This document shows positions 10,254-17,999 of a stretch of 64,000 bases of DNA, in pieces. A model generated the notes under the pieces. That model was given only the letters and a program-made list of their open reading frames with translations. It made no database searches and was not told the origin of the DNA. The stretch is from Candidatus Uhrbacteria bacterium. Lineage in GTDB: Bacteria > Patescibacteriota > Patescibacteriia > UBA9934 > GWF2-40-263. Numbering within the stretch: the first letter of the stretch is position 1; the number at the start of each line of letters is the position of its first letter. The position numbers and the translations under genes are program-made. The stretch lies in assembly GCA_023246355.1 (NCBI GenBank), contig JAHFIQ010000002.1, positions 24,333 to 88,332 on the forward strand, written 5' to 3'.

Positions 10254-10260
10254 ATAAAAT

Positions 10261-10319
10261 CCCGTCAGGATCCTCCTGGCGGGTTTTTGTATGTTAAAAC
10301 CTGCCAGTGAGTGGCAGGT
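10261..10319. terminator. Back-to-back terminator hairpins: typA (+) and the high-GC operon (-)
   Basis: cccgtcaggatcctcctggcgggttttt, then acctgccagtgagtggcaggt followed by T-tract on the minus strand. Confidence 0.55.
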
Positions 10320-10328
10320 CGAGATGAG

Positions 10329-10913
10329 CTAGTCGGACGTGAGTTCCGACATCGCGCGGTGCTTGATCATGGCGATACTCGCGTTGGCTCCATCCGGGAA
10401 GGAAGCGATGAGGGTGCTCACGATCGCGAAGTGCTCCGGAACAGAGGTCGTGATGCTTCTGAGATCACCTGAGAGAGTACCCTCAGGCTGGTAGTGCGAC
10501 CTCCCATGGGTGTCGAGCCGGAGGCCGAAGACCTCCAGGACGAGCCGTCCGTTCGCGAAGAGATCGAGGGCTGCAGGGAAGTGAACCATTCCATCGTTGC
10601 GGGACAGCGTTTCCAGACGCTGGTCCGCGATCTTGAGGGCGAAGGTGTTTGCGTCTTCGAATCCTGGACGAAGTTGAGGTGCACCCACCAGCATGGCCAA
10701 GAGGGGAAGCCCGGCGGCATTGGCGCGATCTAGCAGTGCGGGGTCGGCGAAGGCCGTGCAGGCCATGCTTTGGCCATCGACGAACGCCCAACCCCCATTA
10801 CCCCCCAGAGTAGCTTGGATGTTTTGCTCATCGATTGGAATGTCGGTTGCCTGTGAGAGCCCAGTGCACAGCTCCAGGAACGTGCGGCGATGAGAGGCTT
10901 TTGCACGAGACAT
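10329..10913 (-). CDS. Secreted protein with twin-arginine-like signal (SHRRTFLEL...SQA), hypothetical
   Basis: ATG at 10913 preceded by AAGGAG RBS; RR-x-FL motif in the N-terminus. The ORF track N-extension to 11135 overlaps the upstream gene. Confidence 0.45.
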   Translation of the reverse strand: MSRAKASHRRTFLELCTGLSQATDIPIDEQNIQATLGGNGGWAFVDGQSMACTAFADPALLDRANAAGLPLLAMLVGAPQLRPGFEDANTFALKIADQRLETLSRNDGMVHFPAALDLFANGRLVLEVFGLRLDTHGRSHYQPEGTLSGDLRSITTSVPEHFAIVSTLIASFPDGANASIAMIKHRAMSELTSD

Positions 10914-10935
10914 GTGGCTCCTTGGTAGGTTGCGT

Positions 10936-11316
10936 TCAGGCCTCGCGGCCGTGTTTGATCGCGTCGATTTCGTCCATATCTTCCATTCGGTGGTCGACCC
11001 ACTGTCGAAACCCGAGACTCCCCGGCGGAAGACGTAGGGCTGATTCGGCATCCCGTGGCGGATCCGGCCAACGGTCACCGCTGTACCACTGAGAAGCCTT
11101 GATGTGCTTGAAGGCTCGACGTTGGAGACTCTCAATGTGGGTCATGAGAGCCACGAATTTGGGATTGTCCTGGCGGATGTCGATGACGGGGACTCCATCG
11201 ATGGTGTCAGGCCCTAAGCGTCGGCTTGAGAGAATGCCGATCAGTTGGAGAAGACTCACGCTGTCAACGGAGTCTTGCTCAAGCTGTGCGATCAGCGCGG
11301 CGTCACGATCGTCCAT
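10936..11316 (-). CDS. Hypothetical acidic protein
   Basis: 126-aa ORF tightly packed between neighbours; G+C-rich. Confidence 0.4.
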   Translation of the reverse strand: MDDRDAALIAQLEQDSVDSVSLLQLIGILSSRRLGPDTIDGVPVIDIRQDNPKFVALMTHIESLQRRAFKHIKASQWYSGDRWPDPPRDAESALRLPPGSLGFRQWVDHRMEDMDEIDAIKHGREA

Positions 11317-11322
11317 GGAACC

Positions 11323-12036
11323 TCACGGGTTGATCCATCCAACTCGCCAGGCGAGCCAGATGAGAGAAACGAGACCCCACGAGAAGGCGTTGACCATCTC
11401 GGTTGCGAGCATCCAGACGCGATTGTGATCCCACGACGCTTCACCCTTGGTAAGCACGAGGTGCCACATACGGATCCAGATGTTGAGGTTGCCCACTAGC
11501 ACGGAGAAGCCATGTACTCCCGCGCCGCCGACCAGGAAGATCTTCCAGCCTTGCATGAGCTGAGGAATCCCGCGAGTGGCCATTCCTACTTGGGACTTGG
11601 TGATCGGATCCTCGAAGTTCGAACCCGAGGCACGTCGCAGGAAGTAGACAAGCAGCGCGCTCACAACCGTGACGATGATCGTGATCTTGTCGTTGCGGTC
11701 CCAGATGTACATCCCGCGAGAGAGGATCACCAGGATGTGTAGACTTTGCAGAACGATCCACATGCCATACACGAGGCAGGCTTGGGAAGCTCGTCGTGAT
11801 GGTGCGGCTTTGTAGGCGGAGACAGCGAGTGAGAGTTGGAGCCCACAGAAGACGAGCAGAACGAGGAAGAACGAGAGGCTCACGCCCTCCACGTTGGTCC
11901 AGTTGCGGACCATCATAGGGACAATGAGACCAAAGCCTCCAAGGATTTGGATGCCGAAGAGCAAGTCTGCTGTGTCGCGGGGAATGAGCGTGGCGAGGAT
12001 GGATCCTCCACGACGCTCGAGAGACTCGATTGCCAT
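11323..12036 (-). CDS. Polytopic membrane protein with C-terminal similarity to heme-copper oxidase subunit III (CoxIII/NorE-like)
   Basis: 6-7 TM. C-terminal GVHGFSVLVG...W..W..LIWLAW resembles the GFHGLHVIIG...AAWYWHFVDVVWLF region of COX3. Similarity judged by eye only. Confidence 0.35.
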   Translation of the reverse strand: MAIESLERRGGSILATLIPRDTADLLFGIQILGGFGLIVPMMVRNWTNVEGVSLSFFLVLLVFCGLQLSLAVSAYKAAPSRRASQACLVYGMWIVLQSLHILVILSRGMYIWDRNDKITIIVTVVSALLVYFLRRASGSNFEDPITKSQVGMATRGIPQLMQGWKIFLVGGAGVHGFSVLVGNLNIWIRMWHLVLTKGEASWDHNRVWMLATEMVNAFSWGLVSLIWLAWRVGWINP

Positions 12037-12219
12037 TGAAGGAACCTCCTCATCGTAGACAACCGTTCTGGTTATCGACGAGCAATCAAGATATCAAAAA
12101 CCCCAGGTTTTGTCCAGGGTCTGAGACAGGATCAGCCCGCAAAACAAAAACGCATCCGGCTGGGAAGACGTCTACGTCTTTGTCCCGCGGATGCGAGCGT
12201 GGCCGGCGAGGTCTTGCGA

Positions 12220-12693
12220 CTACGCCGGGTCGTTGGTGAGGATGAGGTCGTGCTTGTTGTCCTGGGGCGGCTCGTAGGTGGCGGTGACGCCCAGGTCGAC
12301 GGTCACGACCGGGTTGTGCGACGATCCCGAGCACTGCCACGTCGAGTGGGTGTGCTCGTTGACACCGAGGACCATGGCGGTCAGCAGGTTCGGATCGAGC
12401 TTGGCGGCTGCGGCGCGGCGGTGATCCACGGCATTGCGCAGCACCGAGGGGCTCGCCTGTCCCTCGCAGGACTCACCGTTCAGGCTCGAACCCGCTCCGC
12501 TCTTGTAGCAGTAGCAGGCGCGGTCGAATTCCGCGTAGGCGACGGAGAGCTCGTCCATCGACGCGACGGTCTCCTGGCTGACGATCGGGTAGGTGTCCGT
12601 CTCCTTCTCGAGATACACGATCCCCGAGACCGGGATCTTGGCGAAGGCGATGGAGACGAGGGCGATGAGGCTGGCGATGGCCAAACGAGACAT
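12220..12693 (-). CDS. Secreted Cys-containing protein, hypothetical
   Basis: ATG at 12693 with AGGAGG RBS; Sec signal MSRLAIASLIALVSIAFA; 5 Cys. Confidence 0.5.
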   Translation of the reverse strand: MSRLAIASLIALVSIAFAKIPVSGIVYLEKETDTYPIVSQETVASMDELSVAYAEFDRACYCYKSGAGSSLNGESCEGQASPSVLRNAVDHRRAAAAKLDPNLLTAMVLGVNEHTHSTWQCSGSSHNPVVTVDLGVTATYEPPQDNKHDLILTNDPA

Positions 12694-12714
12694 GTGTCCT
12701 CCTGATTGTGGACA

Positions 12715-12745
12715 GAGAAATATATCACAAAAAGAGGGTTTTGTC
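12715..12745 (-). promoter_or_regulatory. Promoter of the high-GC 4-gene operon, embedded in the MFS terminator hairpin
   Basis: Minus strand reads TTGACA, 17 nt, TATATT inside AAAGAGGGTTgacaaAACCCTCTTTTT. Confidence 0.4.
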
Positions 12746-12783
12746 AACCCTCTTTGGTGCGTTTTGCGCGGTTTTTGAGGTTT

Positions 12784-13989
12784 TTAGGCTGAATGGCTGA
12801 TCTGCTTTGTCATGTGATGCAGCAGCCCGAGCGTGGGAATCTGTACAACGGCTATGGCAATGATGCCAAACCGTATGAGTACATCTGGATGGGATTGGTA
12901 GACGAACGCCAGCAGCGCCAATCCTATGACTCGTCCTGTATTCAGAAAGAACTCGCGGTCAAGCAGGTACAGGAATCGGTGGGATCGATGTTGCGCTGTT
13001 TCTTTATCAACAACCTCATACATGACCGCGACGAATGAGGACCATCGCAGTGAGCCCACTAGCCCTCCCAAGGTAAACAGGATCAAAGCGGCTCCCGGGG
13101 AGTAGAAGACTGCAAAGATGATTCCACCAATAGCACTGAAGAGGATCCAAAGGCTGAACAAGCCAGCATGGTGGTGATGGCGGACGTGTTTCCCTATGAC
13201 GTAGATCACCACAGCGGACAATACGGCCGTCATGGCTTTTACGCTTCCTACAGCTTCCTCTTGCCCGAGGAACAGCAGGATAATGACTAGCGGCAACACA
13301 CTCTCCATGCCGCTTGATATTCCGTTGAGCGTTTCGGTCAGTCGTTGGGTATTCCACAGTCGACTGGCACGTCCCAAAAAAAATTGTTTCACCTTGAACG
13401 GTTCTATGACTAACGGCCAGGCCAGGCTTCCAGCGCACAGAAGCAAGATGAATCCAATCAGGGAAGTAATTTTGTAGGCTTGCTCAACCGTGTAGGTGCC
13501 AGCGGTGTCGCCCAGGGCGATGAACCAACCTGCCAACAAGGGCGAGATAACTCCCGCCACAATTCCAAGCGCTGTTTCGACACTGATAAATCGGTAACGG
13601 TTTGGTTCATGGGTGAACTTGCTGGTGAGTGCGTTACGGTTACTCCAAAACAATCCTTGCGAAACACCCAGTGCCAGGCCAAGTCCTAGGGCATACGTAT
13701 TTGCATGTGCTCCCAGGGTAACCATGAGCATGGGAACTAATCCTTGGAAAAGGCAGCCGAGGGTATAAAGTTTTCCACTTTCAACCCAACGTAGCAAGCA
13801 AGCGTTCAACAGAAATCCTAATGAGATACCGGTGTAGTTTCCAATGTTGAAAATCGCTAAAATTTCTACGTCTGCGGATTGTCGCCAGAGGAAGGTGTTG
13901 GAATAAACCACGACCATTGGGGCTGCCAACGCGGAAAGAAAAAAAGAAGCGAGCAAGCGTCGTTGGACGGAGGTGATGTCTTGTAGCAT
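12784..13989 (-). CDS. MFS-type transporter
   Basis: 401 aa, about 12 TM segments. Confidence 0.55.
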   Translation of the reverse strand: MLQDITSVQRRLLASFFLSALAAPMVVVYSNTFLWRQSADVEILAIFNIGNYTGISLGFLLNACLLRWVESGKLYTLGCLFQGLVPMLMVTLGAHANTYALGLGLALGVSQGLFWSNRNALTSKFTHEPNRYRFISVETALGIVAGVISPLLAGWFIALGDTAGTYTVEQAYKITSLIGFILLLCAGSLAWPLVIEPFKVKQFFLGRASRLWNTQRLTETLNGISSGMESVLPLVIILLFLGQEEAVGSVKAMTAVLSAVVIYVIGKHVRHHHHAGLFSLWILFSAIGGIIFAVFYSPGAALILFTLGGLVGSLRWSSFVAVMYEVVDKETAQHRSHRFLYLLDREFFLNTGRVIGLALLAFVYQSHPDVLIRFGIIAIAVVQIPTLGLLHHMTKQISHSA

Positions 13990-14003
13990 ATGGCAGACGA
14001 CGC

Positions 14004-14438
14004 TCAGATGGGCTCGTCTTGCCCTGCCTTGGCAAATGACTGGAGATCAGGAGCGTTAGCTTCCTCTTTTTTTGATTTGAAGATTTTGGTCGGTGCTGCT
14101 ACGAACATCAGTGCCGCTGTGGCTCCAAACAGCCCGATGTCGCGCACCGTGATGGTGTCGATGCCTGAGCCAATTAAGATCGTGAGCAGATGAAGGGAAG
14201 CAATCAAGGACACGATCCATGTCCACTTATCCGCGATGAGCAGAAGGCCAATGAGCAGATCAAGTCCGGCGGTAATTTTCATCATGGTTTCCAAATCGAT
14301 GGGAATCAGACTCGCCGCCCAAGGATCGATGAAGCCTGACCAGAAAACCGGTTCTTGGAAAATCATCACGCTCACCCAAATGAAGGTGATTCCCAGCGTC
14401 ACACGCAACACATGATACGCGGCTTTTTGTTGAAACAT
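14004..14438 (-). CDS. DoxX family membrane protein
   Basis: 144 aa, 4 TM, DoxX-like N-terminus. Confidence 0.5.
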   Translation of the reverse strand: MFQQKAAYHVLRVTLGITFIWVSVMIFQEPVFWSGFIDPWAASLIPIDLETMMKITAGLDLLIGLLLIADKWTWIVSLIASLHLLTILIGSGIDTITVRDIGLFGATAALMFVAAPTKIFKSKKEEANAPDLQSFAKAGQDEPI

Positions 14439-14498
14439 ATCGAAGAGATTTTATGGACAAAGTATACCCTAGCGAGTAGGGTAAAGGAAAGTTGATGT

Positions 14499-15527
14499 AT
14501 GTCTGTTCATGACCAGCAACCCACGTACGAAGACCTTGCGGCAAAGCTGCTGACCTTGTTCGCACTTGAGCCTGTAGAGGATTTGGAACTTTTGACCGGC
14601 GGATTCCTGTGTCAAAATTTTACGTTGCGCGTTGGGGCGCAGCGCTTTTTTTTAAAACAGTATCGCCACAAGTTGAGCCAGGTTGTGCATCAGGTAAAGT
14701 ACGCGGAAGAGTTATTTGCCACCCATGGGGTTCCCGTCCTCTCACCGCTCAAAGACCGGTTTGGACGTGGAGCGTTTTATCTTGATCGCAATTGGTACAG
14801 TCTTTTTCCGTACGTCGATCGTCACACGCTCTCGATTGATGAACTCACCAACGTGGGGCGTGAAACGTTGGCTCACCAGCTTGCATCCATCCATAGAATT
14901 GGGAGACACGTGAAGAAATCTATTCAGCCGTTGCTTCTGTGGGACCGCGATCGTTTTTTCCTTGAGGTTGCGGAGCTTGAAATGAAACTGGAGGAAGTGG
15001 GGAGCAAGGATCCTGCGCATGTACTTATTGCCCGAGTCATCGAGCAAAAGAAGAAATTCGTTTCGCACAATACCTTCACTCCAGAGGAAGCGGATCTGCC
15101 GTTTGATACGCTTTTGCACGGGGACTTTAGTTATCAAAACGTGTTTTTTTCACCAGGACAAGATTGTATCGATTTCATTTTTGATTTTGAAAAAACCTGC
15201 CGAGGTCCTCGTGCCTTTGAACTGGCTCGAGCGATCTTTGTGGACGCATTTGACGATGGATGGGATGAGAGCCGTCTGGATCGCGCGGTTGTTTTTCTTC
15301 GTAGCTATTTGAGGACATTTCCGATGAAGAGCGACGAGTTTACGCTTGGGGTGAGAATGTATCTCGTGCATCTCGCTCATCAACTGTGGATCGAAGGAAA
15401 AATTTTGTTGCGCGATGGCGCTGAGTATATCCCAATCTTGCAAGCCCACTCGTATCGGGTTGAACACCTTTTTGATGATTTGGAATCCTTTGCGTCTTCG
15501 CTGTACCAAAAGGCCTCTGAGGCTTGA
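14499..15527 (+). CDS. Aminoglycoside/choline-kinase-like phosphotransferase (APH family)
   Basis: LHGDFSYQNVFF catalytic loop and DFEKTCRGPRAFELA (Brenner/DFG-like). Confidence 0.6.
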   Translation: MSVHDQQPTYEDLAAKLLTLFALEPVEDLELLTGGFLCQNFTLRVGAQRFFLKQYRHKLSQVVHQVKYAEELFATHGVPVLSPLKDRFGRGAFYLDRNWYSLFPYVDRHTLSIDELTNVGRETLAHQLASIHRIGRHVKKSIQPLLLWDRDRFFLEVAELEMKLEEVGSKDPAHVLIARVIEQKKKFVSHNTFTPEEADLPFDTLLHGDFSYQNVFFSPGQDCIDFIFDFEKTCRGPRAFELARAIFVDAFDDGWDESRLDRAVVFLRSYLRTFPMKSDEFTLGVRMYLVHLAHQLWIEGKILLRDGAEYIPILQAHSYRVEHLFDDLESFASSLYQKASEA

Positions 15528-15624
15528 CATTCCACGGGTTTTTTTATAGGGTGCAGTCACGAGAAAGTGGATTTCCCACTCTCGAGCACTCGGGAGGTGC
15601 GTCTCATTTGCCTGGAGGTGTTCC

Positions 15625-16356
15625 TTGTCCAGTCCTCTCCCCTACAGAACTCGTCATGAGTTTGTGATGGCGTTTATGGCAAACGTAGCCATGACGTCCG
15701 CGACGGCCGTGACCGGTCAGCAGCGGGGCAGGCACGGACAGCGTCCGGGCAAGCCCATGGCTGGAAGGTCGGGCGACGACCTGGCCGTGTACGCCTACTT
15801 CAACATGCGTTCCGTGGCCAGCATGATCGCGAGCATCTGCACCAACAAGGTTCGTCGCAGGAAGAAGCGCAAGCTCTCTACCTGGACGGTGAGCCGATTC
15901 GTGTCCCAAGCGATCCACCTCATCCACGCCGGGTTGAATCCCGAGCTCAAGGCACCTCGAACCCACGAAACAGCCGGTGGGTATGGGTGTTCAGCGGCTG
16001 ATGTCGAAAGACGTTGGCGTGAGTTCATGGATGAGCTTCAGAAGAAGATCGATGTGGATGATCCCACAGAGTTGTGCGCCTGGGTGGAATACCAAGTGCG
16101 CTTCGATATCCATCCGTTCGCGGATGGAACCGGTCGTCTCGCCACAGCCCTCTGTGCCTGGATCATGCTTCGCAGCAAGCGGGCGATTCCCAGCTACGCC
16201 TTTTGGCAGCGCTCCTCGATGCACGAGAAACTCCGTGAAGGGTTCCCGGCGTTTCGTGAGTACTACTTGAAGGCCTGCTTCGAGGAAGCACAGGAGGCAA
16301 CCGCTTCCACGCACCCTCCTAGGGCAGCGGCGCGTGCGCAGGTGGCCGCTGCCTGA
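15625..16356 (+). CDS. Fic/Doc family protein with divergent motif HPFADGTGR and a polybasic stretch
   Basis: FDIHPFADGTGRLATAL matches the Fic motif HPFx[DE]GNGR with N to T and without the second Arg; KVRRRKKRKL basic cluster; G+C-rich. Confidence 0.6.
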   Translation: MSSPLPYRTRHEFVMAFMANVAMTSATAVTGQQRGRHGQRPGKPMAGRSGDDLAVYAYFNMRSVASMIASICTNKVRRRKKRKLSTWTVSRFVSQAIHLIHAGLNPELKAPRTHETAGGYGCSAADVERRWREFMDELQKKIDVDDPTELCAWVEYQVRFDIHPFADGTGRLATALCAWIMLRSKRAIPSYAFWQRSSMHEKLREGFPAFREYYLKACFEEAQEATASTHPPRAAARAQVAAA

Positions 16357-16423
16357 CTCTCGGGTTGATGATTCATCGACCCGTTTTCTTTTTGAGAGAA
16401 AACTTGTAGGCTACCCTCCGACT

Positions 16424-17500
16424 ATGCGTATCCTCGGCATCGAAACCAGTTGTGATGAAACGGCACTTGCGGTTATGAGCGAACAAGACGGTCGTTTTGT
16501 TGTTGAGCAAAACATCTTGGCTTCCCAGGCGAAGACGCATGCAAAATATGGCGGTGTGGTTCCAGAGGTTGCTGCACGTGAACATGCGGCTTTGTTATTT
16601 CCGCTGTTGCATCAAATGGATCTCGCGCCAGACGGAAAAGATGTTGACGCAATCGCGGTGACCTCAGGTCCTGGATTGGTTCCGGCATTGCGTATCGGCG
16701 TGGAGTTGGCAAAGACTCTGTCGTGGGTTTGGAAGAAACCGTTGGTTGCTGTCAATCACCTCGAGGGACATCTTTATTCTGTGTGGCTTGATACTGCTCC
16801 AGCGTTTCCTGCCCTCTGTCTTCTCGTCTCTGGTGGTCATACCGAGCTGATCCTCATGCATGGTCACGGACACTATGAGTTCCTTGGTATGACACGTGAT
16901 GATGCGGCAGGGGAGGCGTTTGATAAAGTCGCCAAGCTCTTAGGACTTCCCTATCCTGGTGGACCAGAAATTTCCAAAGCCGCCACAACAGGGAATCCTT
17001 GTGCCATCGATTTTCCTCGTCCCATGATCGACTCAGGCGATTTGGATTTTAGTTTCGCGGGTTTGAAGACAGCGGTGAGAGTGTATCTTGCGAGTTCTCC
17101 TCCCCTTGCTAAGGGGAGGCCGGGAGGGGTCGAGGACGGAAGGCCGGGAGGGGTCGAAGACGTAGCAGCGAGTTTTCAACAAGCCGTGGTCGACACGCTT
17201 GTGAGTAAGACTCTGCAGGCTGTACACAAGACCAAGCCGCGCAGTGTGATTCTTTCAGGCGGGGTTTCGGCCAATCGTCTTTTACGAGAGACACTCAGGG
17301 ATAATCTCCACGCCTATTCAACCGAGATCTCATTCCATGCACCCGATCTTTCTCTCACCGGCGACAACGCGGTGATGATCGCCCTTGCGGGATTGTTCAA
17401 AGCCAAGCGCGGGGAATTTTGTGATCCACTGACCCTGGTTGCAGATCCGAATTTGCGATTAGGTAGCCCCGGGCTTCAGCCCGGGTGCAGCCCAGGCTAA
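16424..17500 (+). CDS. tsaD: tRNA N6-adenosine threonylcarbamoyltransferase TsaD (Kae1/Qri7 family)
   Basis: MRILGIETSCDETALAV, VNHLEGHLYS, LVSGGHTELI; carries an in-frame repeat insertion (PPLAKGRPGGVEDGRPGGVED). Confidence 0.85.
   Translation: MRILGIETSCDETALAVMSEQDGRFVVEQNILASQAKTHAKYGGVVPEVAAREHAALLFPLLHQMDLAPDGKDVDAIAVTSGPGLVPALRIGVELAKTLSWVWKKPLVAVNHLEGHLYSVWLDTAPAFPALCLLVSGGHTELILMHGHGHYEFLGMTRDDAAGEAFDKVAKLLGLPYPGGPEISKAATTGNPCAIDFPRPMIDSGDLDFSFAGLKTAVRVYLASSPPLAKGRPGGVEDGRPGGVEDVAASFQQAVVDTLVSKTLQAVHKTKPRSVILSGGVSANRLLRETLRDNLHAYSTEISFHAPDLSLTGDNAVMIALAGLFKAKRGEFCDPLTLVADPNLRLGSPGLQPGCSPG
17096..17162. repeat. Short palindromic repeat element copy (with internal tandem duplication), in-frame inside tsaD
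   Basis: tcctccccttgctaaggggaggccgggaggggtcgaggac followed by ggaaggccgggaggggtcgaagac; near-identical to 27298-27342. Confidence 0.6.
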
Positions 17501-17508
17501 AGCCTGGG
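17468..17508. repeat. Tandem near-identical stem-loops at the tsaD/tsaE junction
   Basis: cccgggc-ttca-gcccggg and cccaggc-taaa-gcctggg. Confidence 0.5.
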
Positions 17509-17520
17509 CCTACCAAAGAT

Positions 17521-17952
17521 ATGTCTCACACGACCCATTCCGACGAAGAAACAAAAGCGCTTGCAGCCGAGTTTGCGAGAACGCTTCATGGCGGTGAGGT
17601 TGTTTTTTTGGAAGGGGATTTGGGATCTGGCAAAACAACGTTCGTCCGCGGCGTGGCAGAAGCATTGGGTTTCTCTGATCCTGTGCGCAGCCCCAGTTTT
17701 ACGATCGTGAATCGCTATGTCATTCAACATCCAACCATCAAACAGATGTTGCATGTTGATTTGTATCGACTCAAAGATGTCTCCGAGCTCTCAGCCTTGG
17801 CCCTGGAGGAAGAACTTGAGCGTCCTGGTACGGTTGCCTTCATCGAGTGGCCTTCTTTATTTCGAGATGTTTTTCCTACGCCGAGCGTTGTCCTGACTCT
17901 CACGGCTTTGCCAGCGGGAGAACATAAAATTGAGATTCAGGATTTGCGTTAA
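17521..17952 (+). CDS. tsaE: tRNA threonylcarbamoyladenosine biosynthesis ATPase TsaE (YjeE)
   Basis: GDLGSGKTTFVRG Walker A; about 144 aa; ATG 17521. Confidence 0.8.
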   Translation: MSHTTHSDEETKALAAEFARTLHGGEVVFLEGDLGSGKTTFVRGVAEALGFSDPVRSPSFTIVNRYVIQHPTIKQMLHVDLYRLKDVSELSALALEEELERPGTVAFIEWPSLFRDVFPTPSVVLTLTALPAGEHKIEIQDLR

Positions 17953-17982
17953 AAATAAAACCCCCAGGATGAATCTTGGGGG
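17951..17982 (-). terminator. Intrinsic terminator for a minus-strand transcript
   Basis: Minus strand reads cccccaagattcatcctggggg followed by ttttattttt. Confidence 0.55.
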
Positions 17983-17999
17983 CCGAAGGCTAGGGGCCT

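Noticed and set aside
16334-16423. N-terminal extension of tsaD, and the ORF-track starts for rpsA (27417), the BNR protein (2677) and the operon gene at 11135
   Set aside because: The conserved N-termini (MRILGIETSCDE for TsaD, MSQQTPV for S1, a lipoprotein signal for the BNR protein, RBS-supported ATG 10913) indicate shorter genes. The extensions overlap neighbouring genes or read through repeat elements.
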